DNA of 32,000 nucleotides from Okeania sp. (GCF_035285525.1 NZ_JAYKGW010000224.1:4125-36124); one strand, 5' to 3'. Positions 9,393 through 18,318 are shown, counted from the stretch's first letter. A program made the numbers and translations. Notes: generated from the letters alone by a model not told the origin.

Positions 9393-9518
9393 TTCATTCT
9401 CTAAAGCTCCTAAAAAAAATCGCGCCTCAAAGAATATTAGGGTTGCATCCTCACCAAAATTCTGATACAATATATTTAACTGGGGTTGCTCGCCTATACG
9501 CATGATTTTTTATTCAAC
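9393..9518. repeat. 126-bp direct repeat, copy 2
   Basis: See copy 1. It ends 15 nt before the stop of the convergent methyltransferase-HIT gene. Confidence 0.9.
9443..9471 (+). promoter_or_regulatory. Sigma70-like promoter hexamers inside repeat copy 2 (TTGCAT-17 nt-TACAAT), pointing antisense into the 3' end of the gene at 9533-10393
   Basis: TTGCAT at 9443-9448 and TACAAT at 9466-9471. Confidence 0.35.
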
Positions 9519-9532
9519 AAATCCATAAATTT

Positions 9533-10393
9533 TCAGCGATCGCGAGGAACAACAAACCTCATTCCTCCTTGAGCGCCTAACTCATTCTTTTCATACCGGG
9601 GGATAACATGAATATTGCAGTGCATCATTTTTTGTCCCCCGGCGCGATTAACATTTATCCCCACATTAAACCCATCAGGTTGATAGCTTTCCTGTAAAAT
9701 TTCCTGTACCCGATATACCATAAACCAACATTCTAATTGTTCCTCTATAGGCAACTCAAAATAATTTGCTAAATGACGCTTCGGAATAATTAAAGTATGT
9801 CCTTTTGTGACCGGATAACCATCAAAAATAGCATAAGCTTTTGCCGATTCTGTAATCAACTTGAGACTTTTTCGAGGATTACAAAATAAACATTTATTAT
9901 CCGAATTTTTTTGCTCATTATAATGAGAATATTCATAAATTTCACACAATTTATCAGTATAAATCGACTTAAAAGGTAAATCAACCAAACACTGATAAGT
10001 TGGTTTCTTATGTACAAAATGTTCTCGAAAACCCTCCTTTTTCAAATCTCTTCTCACAGCATAATAAGCCTTTCCCCCTGACCTTAATAACTGAGAAACT
10101 TGCATCAAAACTTCAAATATAACCTTCTCAAACAAAACATTTAAAACATAAAAACAGACAATAGTATCAAAAACTCCCTGGGGATATTCAGGAAAATAAT
10201 AAGGATCGTAACCAGTAATATCAAAACCTTTTTCTCGTAGTAATTTAACATCATTACCCCAACCACAACCAAAATCAAGAATCCTACCTACCAACAAATT
10301 TTTCTCTAGCATTAATTTAGCTGGAAATGAGATAAATTTACGTTCTTTAGCAGTCAGGTGACTATATTTATTTGATTGTTTATCAGTAAACAT
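9533..10393 (-). CDS. Fusion protein: N-terminal class I SAM-dependent methyltransferase + C-terminal HIT (histidine triad) domain
   Basis: SAM motif I is ILDFGCGWGND. The HIT domain shows FDGYPVTKGHTLIIPKRH and the histidine triad HCNIHVIP near the C-terminus. Confidence 0.85.
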   Translation of the reverse strand: MFTDKQSNKYSHLTAKERKFISFPAKLMLEKNLLVGRILDFGCGWGNDVKLLREKGFDITGYDPYYFPEYPQGVFDTIVCFYVLNVLFEKVIFEVLMQVSQLLRSGGKAYYAVRRDLKKEGFREHFVHKKPTYQCLVDLPFKSIYTDKLCEIYEYSHYNEQKNSDNKCLFCNPRKSLKLITESAKAYAIFDGYPVTKGHTLIIPKRHLANYFELPIEEQLECWFMVYRVQEILQESYQPDGFNVGINVNRAGGQKMMHCNIHVIPRYEKNELGAQGGMRFVVPRDR

Positions 10394-10705
10394 TATAGAG
10401 TAAAGAATAAAGTATTATCAGAAATCGGGTTTATAGTAGATAGATGTTAATATATAAAGTATTTAATAAACCAGGTTTCTCGTTTGCTATAGCAATCCGT
10501 GCGGAGGTTGCGGGTAATCAAAAATTAAAGAAAAAAAATACAACTCTTACCTATTCCCTGTTCTCTAGTTCCCTAAAAGCAACTAAGTTTTTGACACAAA
10601 TCAAATAGGATTACTACAGCAGATTTAATATAAGGTTCTTAGGTATAATGATGATTGATTTTAGGTTCAGATTATCAATACTTATATTTAATTAAAGGTT
10701 AAGCT

Positions 10706-11428
10706 ATGACTAATATTGTCAAATCTTCTCTAAATAAAGAACAAACCACTGCCTGGTTAAGAGGACTAATGACCATTGCTTATGCAGATGGAGAACTTGA
10801 TACAGCAGAAAAAGATTTATTTGACCACTTTAGTCACGAAGAATTTGCTTCAAAAATTGAAATTTCCGAACTCAAACCTATTAGTCCAGATGATTTAGCA
10901 AAAGTATTTGGAGAAAATCCTACTCTAGCAGAAAATTTTATGAGAACTGCTGTAATGGTAGCTTTAGCAGATGGAATTTATTCTGTGACTGAGGATGAAG
11001 TGCTTCATAAATATTGTGATGCTTTGGGATTAAAGGTTAAAGCATTAGAAGCATTGCGGAAAAATTTGGAGAAAGCTAAGGAACAAGCAGAAAATGATAC
11101 TTTAGAAAGTTGGCTAGAAGAAACTGAACATATAGATAGCTCTACTATTCCCCATGACCCCGAACACCATAAAACCGTTCTTGCTCCCATCAAAGATTGG
11201 TTGGATGGGTGGGATATTCACGATCCCAAAGTGGCTCACATGGTTTGTAAGATGATTCCTGCTCAATGTCCATTTGAACGAGATGTGGTGGTTTTTGGGA
11301 AGAAGGTAGCCCACATTCCAGCGATGTGCAAGCTTAACCCAGTTTACGATCAGTTAGTTGGTCTGCGTTTTCGCGCTTTATCATATTTGGCAGATGAATG
11401 TCAAGAGGATGTTTCTAAATATTTTTAG
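10706..11428 (+). CDS. TerB-like N-terminal domain fused to a Mo-dependent-nitrogenase C-terminal (Mo-nitro_C) domain protein
   Basis: The N-terminus has the TerB-like pattern WLRGLMTIAYADGELDTAEKDLF. The C-terminus CKMIPAQCPFERDVVVFGKKVAHIPAMCKLNPVYDQLVGLRFRALSYLADEC matches the cyanobacterial Mo-nitro_C family as remembered. Confidence 0.75.
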   Translation: MTNIVKSSLNKEQTTAWLRGLMTIAYADGELDTAEKDLFDHFSHEEFASKIEISELKPISPDDLAKVFGENPTLAENFMRTAVMVALADGIYSVTEDEVLHKYCDALGLKVKALEALRKNLEKAKEQAENDTLESWLEETEHIDSSTIPHDPEHHKTVLAPIKDWLDGWDIHDPKVAHMVCKMIPAQCPFERDVVVFGKKVAHIPAMCKLNPVYDQLVGLRFRALSYLADECQEDVSKYF

Positions 11429-11548
11429 TTTTTAGTTTTTAGTTTTTAGGGAATAGGGAATAGGGAATAGGTATGGAGGGAACAGGTATGGAGGGAACAC
11501 TTAACTGGGAATAGGGAACACTTAACTCTTAACTGGGAATAGGGAACA
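11422..11548. repeat. Composite heptamer array (TTTTTAG x4, GGAATAG x3, GGGAACA-type units) forming the left inverted-repeat arm around the four-helix-bundle gene
   Basis: Units were counted directly. The stop TAG of the upstream gene (11426-11428) lies in the first unit. GGGAACACTTAACTGGGAA occurs here and as its reverse complement at 12103-12137. Confidence 0.85.
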
Positions 11549-11581
11549 AATAGTTAAAAATTAGGAGTTAAGTAAGTAAAA

Positions 11582-11875
11582 ATGTCTGGTATTAATGATT
11601 TTAAAGATTTAAAAATTTGGCAAAACGGAATGGATATTGCCGAAAAATGCTATTTCTTGACTAAACTTTTTCCCAAAGATGAATTATATGGTATGGTGCA
11701 ACAAATAAGGAGAAGCGCTGTATCTATTCCTGCTAATATAGCTGAAGGTTATGGGCGAAGATACACTGGAGAATATTTGAGATTCTTAAACATTGCTCAA
11801 GGTTCAATTAATGAATTAGAAACACACTTAATTTTGTCTGAACGAGTAGGGTTATGTGAAAAAAAAAAGAAATAG
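11582..11875 (+). CDS. Four-helix-bundle protein of the 23S rRNA intervening-sequence (S23-IVS / Avd-like) family, apparently 3'-truncated by a frameshift
   Basis: Family hallmarks are present: LKIWQ..MDI, SIPANIAEGYGR and AQGSINELETHL. The ORF ends in an A10 tract (gaaaaaaaaaag). The expected C-terminal helix continues in other frames (EIETIISLLTEES, then KMIIDYCFD). Confidence 0.75.
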   Translation: MSGINDFKDLKIWQNGMDIAEKCYFLTKLFPKDELYGMVQQIRRSAVSIPANIAEGYGRRYTGEYLRFLNIAQGSINELETHLILSERVGLCEKKKK

Positions 11876-11975
11876 AAACAATTATTTCTCTTCTCACAGA
11901 AGAAAGCTAAGATGATTATTGATTATTGCTTTGATTAAAAAACTTGAAACTTGAAAACTGACCACAATTTCTAAT

Positions 11976-12137
11976 TTCCTTCCTATTCCCTCAAAAAATA
12001 CTTTTTTTCTTCCTTAACTACTTCCTATTCTCTGTTCTCTATTCCCTCAAAAAATACTTTTTTTTCCTAACTATTCTCTGTTCCCTATTCCCTACTATTC
12101 CCTGTTCCCAGTTAAGTGTTCCCAGTTAAGTGTTCCC
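11976..12137. repeat. Heptamer-rich right inverted-repeat arm (CCTATTCCC / CTGTTCCC units; CCCAGTTAAGTGTTCCC x2)
   Basis: This is the reverse complement of motifs in 11495-11548. It ends 10 nt before the obg ATG. Confidence 0.85.
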
Positions 12138-12147
12138 TAAAAAAATT

Positions 12148-13158
12148 ATGCAATTCATAGATCAAGCAGAAATTCAAGTCGAAGGTGGTAAAGGTGGCGA
12201 TGGCATGGTGGCCTTTCGTCGCGAAAAATTTGTGCCTGCGGGTGGACCAGCAGGTGGTAATGGTGGCCGTGGTGGTTCAGTGATTTTAATGGCCGTTGCG
12301 AATCTGCAAACATTGTTGGACTTTAAATTTCAGCGCGTCTTTAAAGCAGAAAATGGTAAACGGGGTGGTCCGAAAAATATGACTGGAGCAGCAGGAAGCG
12401 ATCGCTTAATTGAAGTGCCTCCTGGTACGATGATTTATGATGCGGAAACTGAGGAATTATTGGGAGATTTAGTTAAAGCGGGGCAAACTTGTTGTGTTGC
12501 TCAAGGTGGTAAGGGTGGTTTAGGAAATAAACATTTTCTGAGTAATAGTAATCGCGCTCCGGAATACGCTTTACCTGGTTTAGAGGGTGAAGTGCGAATG
12601 TTGAGATTGGAGTTAAAGTTATTAGCTGAAGTGGGAATTATTGGATTGCCGAATGCAGGAAAGTCTACTTTAATAGCTGCTCTTTCTGCTGCTCGTCCGA
12701 AAATTGCTGATTATCCTTTTACTACTTTGGTGCCAAATTTAGGAGTTGTCAGAAAACCAACGGGAGATGGTACTGTTTTTGCAGATATTCCTGGGTTAAT
12801 AGAGGGTGCTTCTGCTGGTTTAGGTTTGGGGCATGAATTTTTGAGGCATATTGAACGGACTAAGTTACTGTTGCATTTGGTTGATATTACAGATATTAAC
12901 CCAGAGGAAAATTTTGAGACTATTCAAAATGAGTTGAAAGCTTATGGGCGATATTTAGAAGAAAAGCAACAAGTTTTGGCTTTAAATAAAGTTGATGCAG
13001 TTGATGTGGAGAGTGCTGAAGTACAGGAGCTGGTGAATAGGTTTAGGGAAATTTCTGAGGGAAAAGTTTTTCTGGTTTCTGCTGTTGCGGGTATTGGTTT
13101 GGAAGAATTAATGCAGGAAATTTGGCAGTTATTAGATATGGAAACAATTAACAATTAA
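12148..13158 (+). CDS. obg: GTPase Obg/CgtA
   Basis: MQFIDQAEIQVEGGKGGDGMVAFRREKF is the canonical Obg N-terminus. G1 is GLPNAGKST and G3 is DIPGLIEGA. ATG 12148 is preferred over the track's GTG at 12130, which lies inside the repeat. Confidence 0.95.
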   Translation: MQFIDQAEIQVEGGKGGDGMVAFRREKFVPAGGPAGGNGGRGGSVILMAVANLQTLLDFKFQRVFKAENGKRGGPKNMTGAAGSDRLIEVPPGTMIYDAETEELLGDLVKAGQTCCVAQGGKGGLGNKHFLSNSNRAPEYALPGLEGEVRMLRLELKLLAEVGIIGLPNAGKSTLIAALSAARPKIADYPFTTLVPNLGVVRKPTGDGTVFADIPGLIEGASAGLGLGHEFLRHIERTKLLLHLVDITDINPEENFETIQNELKAYGRYLEEKQQVLALNKVDAVDVESAEVQELVNRFREISEGKVFLVSAVAGIGLEELMQEIWQLLDMETINN

Positions 13159-13169
13159 CAATTAATAAT

Positions 13170-13628
13170 TAGGGCTTGCTGATTAGATCTAAAAGTATTC
13201 ATAGATAAAAATTTTAGTCTTTTTAGAGTCAGAAAAAGTGCAAATTTTTAGGCTGTTTAGGTTCAGGTATCTTAACATTTTACATTAACTAGAACAAAAA
13301 AATTAAGAAACTATTTTTTCAACTACTTCTTCTGTAAATTATCTAAATTCTTACTCTTAACTAAGGTTGGCTGATTTATCGGGAACCGTAAAAGTCTTTT
13401 AATAGTAAGGAGAATCCTGCCATCCTGCCATCCAGGAGTCAGGAAAATCACACAAGAGGTAGTTAGAAGAATTATCCCTTGATTTACGGTTCCCGAAAAA
13501 TCGGCTAATTATGGCAGAAAATCCTAGACTTTTTAGCTTGAGAGGCTTAAAAGCTGATACTTTTGACCCACCGAAAAATGCTCAAAAGTTTATCTGTAAA
13601 GACTTTTATCTTTAATCACCAAGCCCTA
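13170..13628. mobile_element. Composite of family 1 MITE halves in head-to-head orientation with a nested family 4 element (13370-13505; termini GATTTATCGGGAACCGTAAA / TTTACGGTTCCCGAAAAATC)
   Basis: TAGGGCTTGCTGA at the left end and TCACCAAGCCCTA at the right end. The inner inverted repeats were read directly. Confidence 0.6.
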
Positions 13629-13654
13629 ACTACTCCCTACTCCCTACTTCCTAT

Positions 13655-15046
13655 TTATCTAACAACATTAACAGCAACAACCAAGAAGAATAAAATCACT
13701 AAAATTACAATACTTATAATCAATAAAAAAGAAATAATCGCCCACATTCTCTGATGTCTTTTAAAATCAGAAATACTCTTCCATTCCCGACTTTTCCAAG
13801 CCCACTCATTTCCTTTAGCACCTAAAATTATTGCTGTTACTAACCACCCCATACCAGAAGTGAGAAAAATAAAATCACTCCAAGCAAATAATCCTACCCA
13901 AACACGATTAGTTATACACCAAAAACCAGGTAATAAAAATCCACCCCAATTCCAACCAATAATTTCTGCGGGCACCTGATTAGAAGTATGAATAAGATTT
14001 TCTGATTCTACAACAGTAACTAACGATGTGTTTGTCTGTATTTCTTGATTTTTTGCCACAATATTACTAATTTCAGTTGGTGCAATAATTTCTGGAGTAG
14101 GAGGTTGTAATTCTGCTAATACTTCCTCTCCCGACTGGAAGCGATCGCGAGGAATAGGAGCCAACATTCTATTTAAAATTCCCTCAAACTTCGGACTTAA
14201 TTTTAACACCTTATTCCATTGCCACTCCATTGTTCTAACATTAATTAATTCCGCAGGAACTTTACCAGTCATTAATACTAAACAAGTCACTGCTAAAGCA
14301 TATAAATCACTATGATTTCCCACAATTCCTAACCGCATTTGTTCATCAGGAGCATAACCAAATTTACCTAATCTAGTAGCAGCATAAACAACATTATTAG
14401 AACTCTTCATTTTGTGAGAAACTTCAACAGCAATTTGTTTCACTCCACCTAAATCTATCAAAACAGGCAACCCATCATCCGCTCGACAAATAATATTATC
14501 AGGAGCAATATCTCGATGAATAATTCCTTGATTATGTAGATAACTTAAAACTGGTAAAATTTGACGCATTAAGTCAATTATTTCAACTTCACTAAAGAAA
14601 TTACCTTGTTTTCGACGTTGATTTAGTAAAGATTCTAATGTTTGCCCCTCAATAAAATCTTGCACCAAAAATAAACATTTATTTTCCCGAATAAATTCCC
14701 AAAAACGAGGAATTTGAGGATGATTAATTTGATGCAATGTCATCGCTTCCCGTTGAAAAAGTTCTTCAGCTTTTTGAATAAATTCTGTACCTTGATTTCC
14801 TGGAGTTAATTGTTTTAAAACTACTGCTTGATTAAATCTACCTGTATCTTCTGCTAAGTAAGTTTTCCCAAATCCACCTTGACCTATTTGCCGAACAACT
14901 ATGTAGCGATTTCTTAATTTATTTCCTGGTTTTAATTCTCTAGATATTGTTGGAGAAGATTTTATTGCTTCTAGAGAAGTACCACAACTAAAGCAAAAAC
15001 GGGAGGGAATAGGATTTTTATTTCCACAGTTTGTACAAGTAATCAT
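13655..15046 (-). CDS. Ser/Thr protein kinase with N-terminal zinc ribbon and C-terminal membrane domain
   Basis: Zinc ribbon CTNCGNKNPIPSRFCFSCG. Kinase motifs GQGGFGKTY, VLK, HRDIAPDN, DLGG and APDE. The C-terminal region has TM helices (GWNWGGFLLPGFW...). Confidence 0.9.
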   Translation of the reverse strand: MITCTNCGNKNPIPSRFCFSCGTSLEAIKSSPTISRELKPGNKLRNRYIVVRQIGQGGFGKTYLAEDTGRFNQAVVLKQLTPGNQGTEFIQKAEELFQREAMTLHQINHPQIPRFWEFIRENKCLFLVQDFIEGQTLESLLNQRRKQGNFFSEVEIIDLMRQILPVLSYLHNQGIIHRDIAPDNIICRADDGLPVLIDLGGVKQIAVEVSHKMKSSNNVVYAATRLGKFGYAPDEQMRLGIVGNHSDLYALAVTCLVLMTGKVPAELINVRTMEWQWNKVLKLSPKFEGILNRMLAPIPRDRFQSGEEVLAELQPPTPEIIAPTEISNIVAKNQEIQTNTSLVTVVESENLIHTSNQVPAEIIGWNWGGFLLPGFWCITNRVWVGLFAWSDFIFLTSGMGWLVTAIILGAKGNEWAWKSREWKSISDFKRHQRMWAIISFLLIISIVILVILFFLVVAVNVVR

Positions 15047-15144
15047 ATTTATTAACTCAAAGAAACCAGCAATAAGTCAGTTATCAGTTATCAGTACCTC
15101 GTCCAATGAGAAGACTTAAGATACTGAGTTTTCTGTTCTTAACC

Positions 15145-15264
15145 CAGGACTTACGCAAAATAACCTATTTCGTCGTTGCCAGGGACAAGGTTTACGTTTC
15201 ATTTGCATAGCAAAGGAGTCCGTAAGGATAGCAATATCAAACACCCATAATTTGTTAAGTCCTG
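15145..15264. mobile_element. MITE-like element, family 2
   Basis: CAGGACTTACGCA ... TTGTTAAGTCCTG terminal inverted repeats. Confidence 0.6.
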
Positions 15265-15418
15265 ATACCCTTAAAAGGCCAGGCTTGAAACCTGACTTTC
15301 TGGTTAATTGGCCTGTCAGTAGATAACTGTTAATATTATACTCTTTACAGAGAATGATTGCTACAAATGCTCCTTAATATAAAATTCAGATGATTACTAT
15401 TTTTATAATGCAAATAAT

Positions 15419-15447
15419 AAGGATGATACCTGATAATTATCATCCTT
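15419..15447 (-). terminator. Candidate intrinsic terminator for the small ORF at 15475-15675
   Basis: A 10-bp perfect stem (AAGGATGATA / TATCATCCTT) with a 9-nt loop, followed on the minus strand by the T-rich ATTATTT. Confidence 0.4.
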
Positions 15448-15474
15448 AATAAGAATAGCATAATTAATATTTAA

Positions 15475-15675
15475 CTATATTTTTGCAGTTTGATAACGTC
15501 TTTGTTTAATATTTATAAATGCCAACATATTATTGGTCTTTAAATACCAATTTATTTTCCTTGATAAATCAACAATTAAGTTGATGGAAAATGGATGTCT
15601 TAAGAAAGCGATATAGGGTTTAAGAAACATTATCCACAGGGTAGTTTCTAATACTAAACTTTTGAGTTCATCCAT
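15475..15675 (-). CDS. Small hypothetical protein (66 aa)
   Basis: AAGGAG lies 7 nt upstream of the ATG and a hairpin lies ~30 nt after the stop. There is one hydrophobic segment. No family was recognised. Confidence 0.35.
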   Translation of the reverse strand: MDELKSLVLETTLWIMFLKPYIAFLRHPFSINLIVDLSRKINWYLKTNNMLAFINIKQRRYQTAKI

Positions 15676-15908
15676 GTATTTTTCTCCTTATATTTTCTCA
15701 TCCTAAATAACAGTTTTAATCTGGGAAAGAGGCGTCTGTAAGCAGCCTTCAGCACTCTGCATTCAGAAGTGCAAGCAGAGGAATAAAGCTGAAGTTATAC
15801 TGTTTCACGGCAGTAAAAAGTCATGTTTTGAGAACTTATAGACTCAAAACTTTGACACTAGAGTAATTTCAAGAAATTATTTCACAATGAAAGTTGGAAA
15901 CTCTCTGT

Positions 15909-16055
15909 GATATCAAATCTGGTAGTATCGGTAAAATTCTCTCTCTGTAAAGGTTTGGTCTCCAATTTATCGGAAACCGCACTCTCTACAAACAAACTAA
16001 GAATTTTAGCTCTTTTCTGATGGTAGAACCTGATTCTCGAAAGCAGATTTGATAT
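15909..16055. mobile_element. MITE-like element, family 5 (termini GATATCAAATCTG ... CAGATTTGATAT; core GGTTTGGTCTCCAA)
   Basis: Terminal inverted repeats were read directly. A related copy is nested at ~19865-19955. Confidence 0.55.
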
Positions 16056-17152
16056 GATATCCTTAATATGAATTGATATCAGAAGGCGCGCAGTTACAGC
16101 AAATTACCAGTATAAGAATTACAGATATTAATAATTCACCAGATTTCAAGTAAATGAGGTAGAAGGGAAATGGCAAAAGCATTTTAGTGCGATTTTTCGG
16201 GAACCGTGCATTTTGCTCCCATGAATGTAACTCACACCTGGTAAAATCTGCTGTAAATTAACAGCACAGAATATTTGATAATGTCTGCACCATAAATGCG
16301 TAACACTGCATCAGTTTCTGTAACGAATTTTATAATCTGCCACTTTTTATGTTGCGCAACATTTTGTATTAGCAGTTGTCGAAAATAGCGATCGCTGACA
16401 CTAAATAAGTAGCACACTTTGCGGAGCGCAAAAAGCGCACTACACTTATTCTCAACAAACGTAGAGGGTTTTAAACCCTTAAATTTTTAGCCGATCTCTG
16501 TTCGCCAAGCATTCCCAATAATGAGAAATCCTATAGTAGCGATCGCTAATAAATACTAGATTCAGTATGAATAAGTCGGGTTTGAAGAAGGAAATCAGGA
16601 GTTTGGGCGATCGCCTGGAAATTTTTACTTCTACTCTAATTGCTACAGTAGAGATAGCTTTAAGTTTTCCAACCTTTTCGGTATTAGGAAAACTTTTTCC
16701 TGACAGCCAATTCTCTTGTTTATAAGAAGAGGTAATTATTAACAATTAATTATTAATTATTTAACTACTCATTCTTCCCTTCTACCGAAGGTATTGAAAA
16801 TCACCAGAAGCGAATAGAGTGACTTAACTACCACGACTAATCCATCTGTTAATTAAGTTTTACCGCTAATTTAATCCCACTATATTGACTGAATGGAAAT
16901 AAATTTTTTCTCTAGGTAGCTTCGTGACCAAACCACATATACAAATCTTCTAAACAGCTACTGAAAAGAAAACTGTTAGAAGTAACACTTTACTTATATG
17001 TAATTTTACTCTGCTACAAAGTATTGTTTTTGTTTCAGCAGTAAACTTTCTTAATTATCATCTTAATAAATATTTCGTTTTCGTCTAAGTATATATACCC
17101 GTACACAAAGGTGAGGTTTTCAACACTTGACTATTATTTACCTTTGAGAAAA

Positions 17153-17252
17153 ATTCCACACTTCAATTTGTAGTATTAAACTAGGAGTCAAAATTTTCTC
17201 TGGATTCTGACTCCTGGATTCTGGATTAGTACTACATTTTGACGTGCGGAAT
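17153..17252. mobile_element. 100-bp MITE-like unit (ATTCCACACTTCAATTTGTAGTAT ... AGTACTACATTTTGACGTGCGGAAT)
   Basis: ~24-bp imperfect terminal inverted repeats enclosing a GGAGTCA/TGACTCC hairpin. Confidence 0.5.
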
Positions 17253-17302
17253 GTAAGTTTTAATATATTTAGCTACTAATTAAAGTTAAAAGCGTTGAGA
17301 AA

Positions 17303-17589
17303 TAGGGCTGGCTGAATAAATATAGAAGCATTGATAGATAAAGATTTTAGAGTTTTTAGGTATCAAAAAGTCTGAACTTGTAGGTTACTGAGGTACGGTT
17401 CCCGAAAAATCAGAAATTGAGCATTTTTGGCTAACTATGATATCGGGATTTAGGGAACGACCCTAGATATGGTGTTTAAAACCATGGCGCAATCGTTTTT
17501 CGCATCTATATATAGTACCTTGGCGTAAGTCCTGAATATAAGAATAACTCTTACTCTATTTCCGGCCAACTCCTCTTTCAGCAATTAAC
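17303..17589. mobile_element. Family 1 MITE variant with nested insertions (degenerate right end)
   Basis: TAGGGCTGGCTGAATAAATAT at the left end and CTTTCAGCAA at the right end. The interior contains ACGGTTCCCGAAAAATC and GCGTAAGTCCTG motifs. Confidence 0.5.
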
Positions 17590-17736
17590 AATGAAAAATT
17601 AATAATTAATAATTACTCCCTCTTAAAAGAAGGGGATTGGCTAAAAGGAAAATTTTTATTTATCCCCTTAAAGGGGGAGACTTCCAGGCGTGAATTGTTG
17701 AATGAATAATTATTGACTATAAACCCTTGATTATTA

Positions 17737-17852
17737 CAGGACTTACGCATAATCGACCAGTTTTAGGCATTTGAGATTGCTATCCTAACAGACTGCTTCA
17801 CAAACGCGCCTCGCGAGCAATGACAGAAATACGTTGCGCGTGTGTAAGTCCT
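17737..17852. mobile_element. MITE-like element, family 2
   Basis: CAGGACTTACGCA ... TGTGTAAGTCCT termini. Confidence 0.6.
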
Positions 17853-17858
17853 ATATTA

Positions 17859-17961
17859 ACAGGACAGAAACACGCGCAACCAAGAAACCGGGTTTCTTGC
17901 CCTAATATTGTGGTTAAAACCACGAAATTTAGTTGATAAACCCAGTTTCTGCGTAAGTCCT
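17859..17961. mobile_element. MITE-like element, family 2 (tandem to the previous copy)
   Basis: CAGGACAGAAACACGC ... TGCGTAAGTCCT termini. The interior contains the AGAAACCGGGTTTCT palindrome. Confidence 0.5.
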
Positions 17962-18318
17962 ATATTAGTTATTAATTGTTTAGTAACTCCTATTTTTCTT
18001 AACTCTGTAAGGACATTCCATCCAACCTCCCTACGACTTCCTATCTCCACCATCAGACTTTTGTTAGCAAACCCCAAATAAAGCTTTTAGCCTTTTTATA
18101 TTGAAAAAAGTACTTAGTTTTTGGCTGTTGTTATGTCAAAATGATAAAATTTTGACCCTGACTACGAGAAAATTTGGCCGTAGGACATTACCTCTGTCAA
18201 AATAGCGGTCAGGGTTTCCCTGGCTGAAGAATCCCCCATTTTCCCGTAAGGGCAACGTCGGGATTATATCAATAAATGTCATTCAACTCCGTTTTGATTC
18301 ATCTAACAACTCAAAGTT

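Noticed and set aside
12130-12147. GTG start for obg given by the ORF track
   Set aside because: The extra six codons lie inside the CCCAGTTAAGTGTTCCC repeat. The canonical Obg N-terminus MQFID... begins at ATG 12148.
13563-13754. 63-aa plus-strand ORF
   Set aside because: It spans MITE sequence and the antisense of the kinase 3' end, with low-complexity translation.
15747-15794. Nested hairpin (CTTCAGC/GCTGAAG enclosing CTCTGC/GCAGAG) that could be a structured RNA
   Set aside because: The helices are short with large loops. It resembles no riboswitch or sRNA I know and cannot be separated from chance without covariation data.
16232-16745. Minus-strand ORFs of 61 and 88 aa (16232-16417, 16479-16745), plus 17856-18077
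   Set aside because: No RBS, and no recognisable motifs. They overlap HIP1 sites, heptamer arrays or family 2 MITEs and are treated as non-coding.
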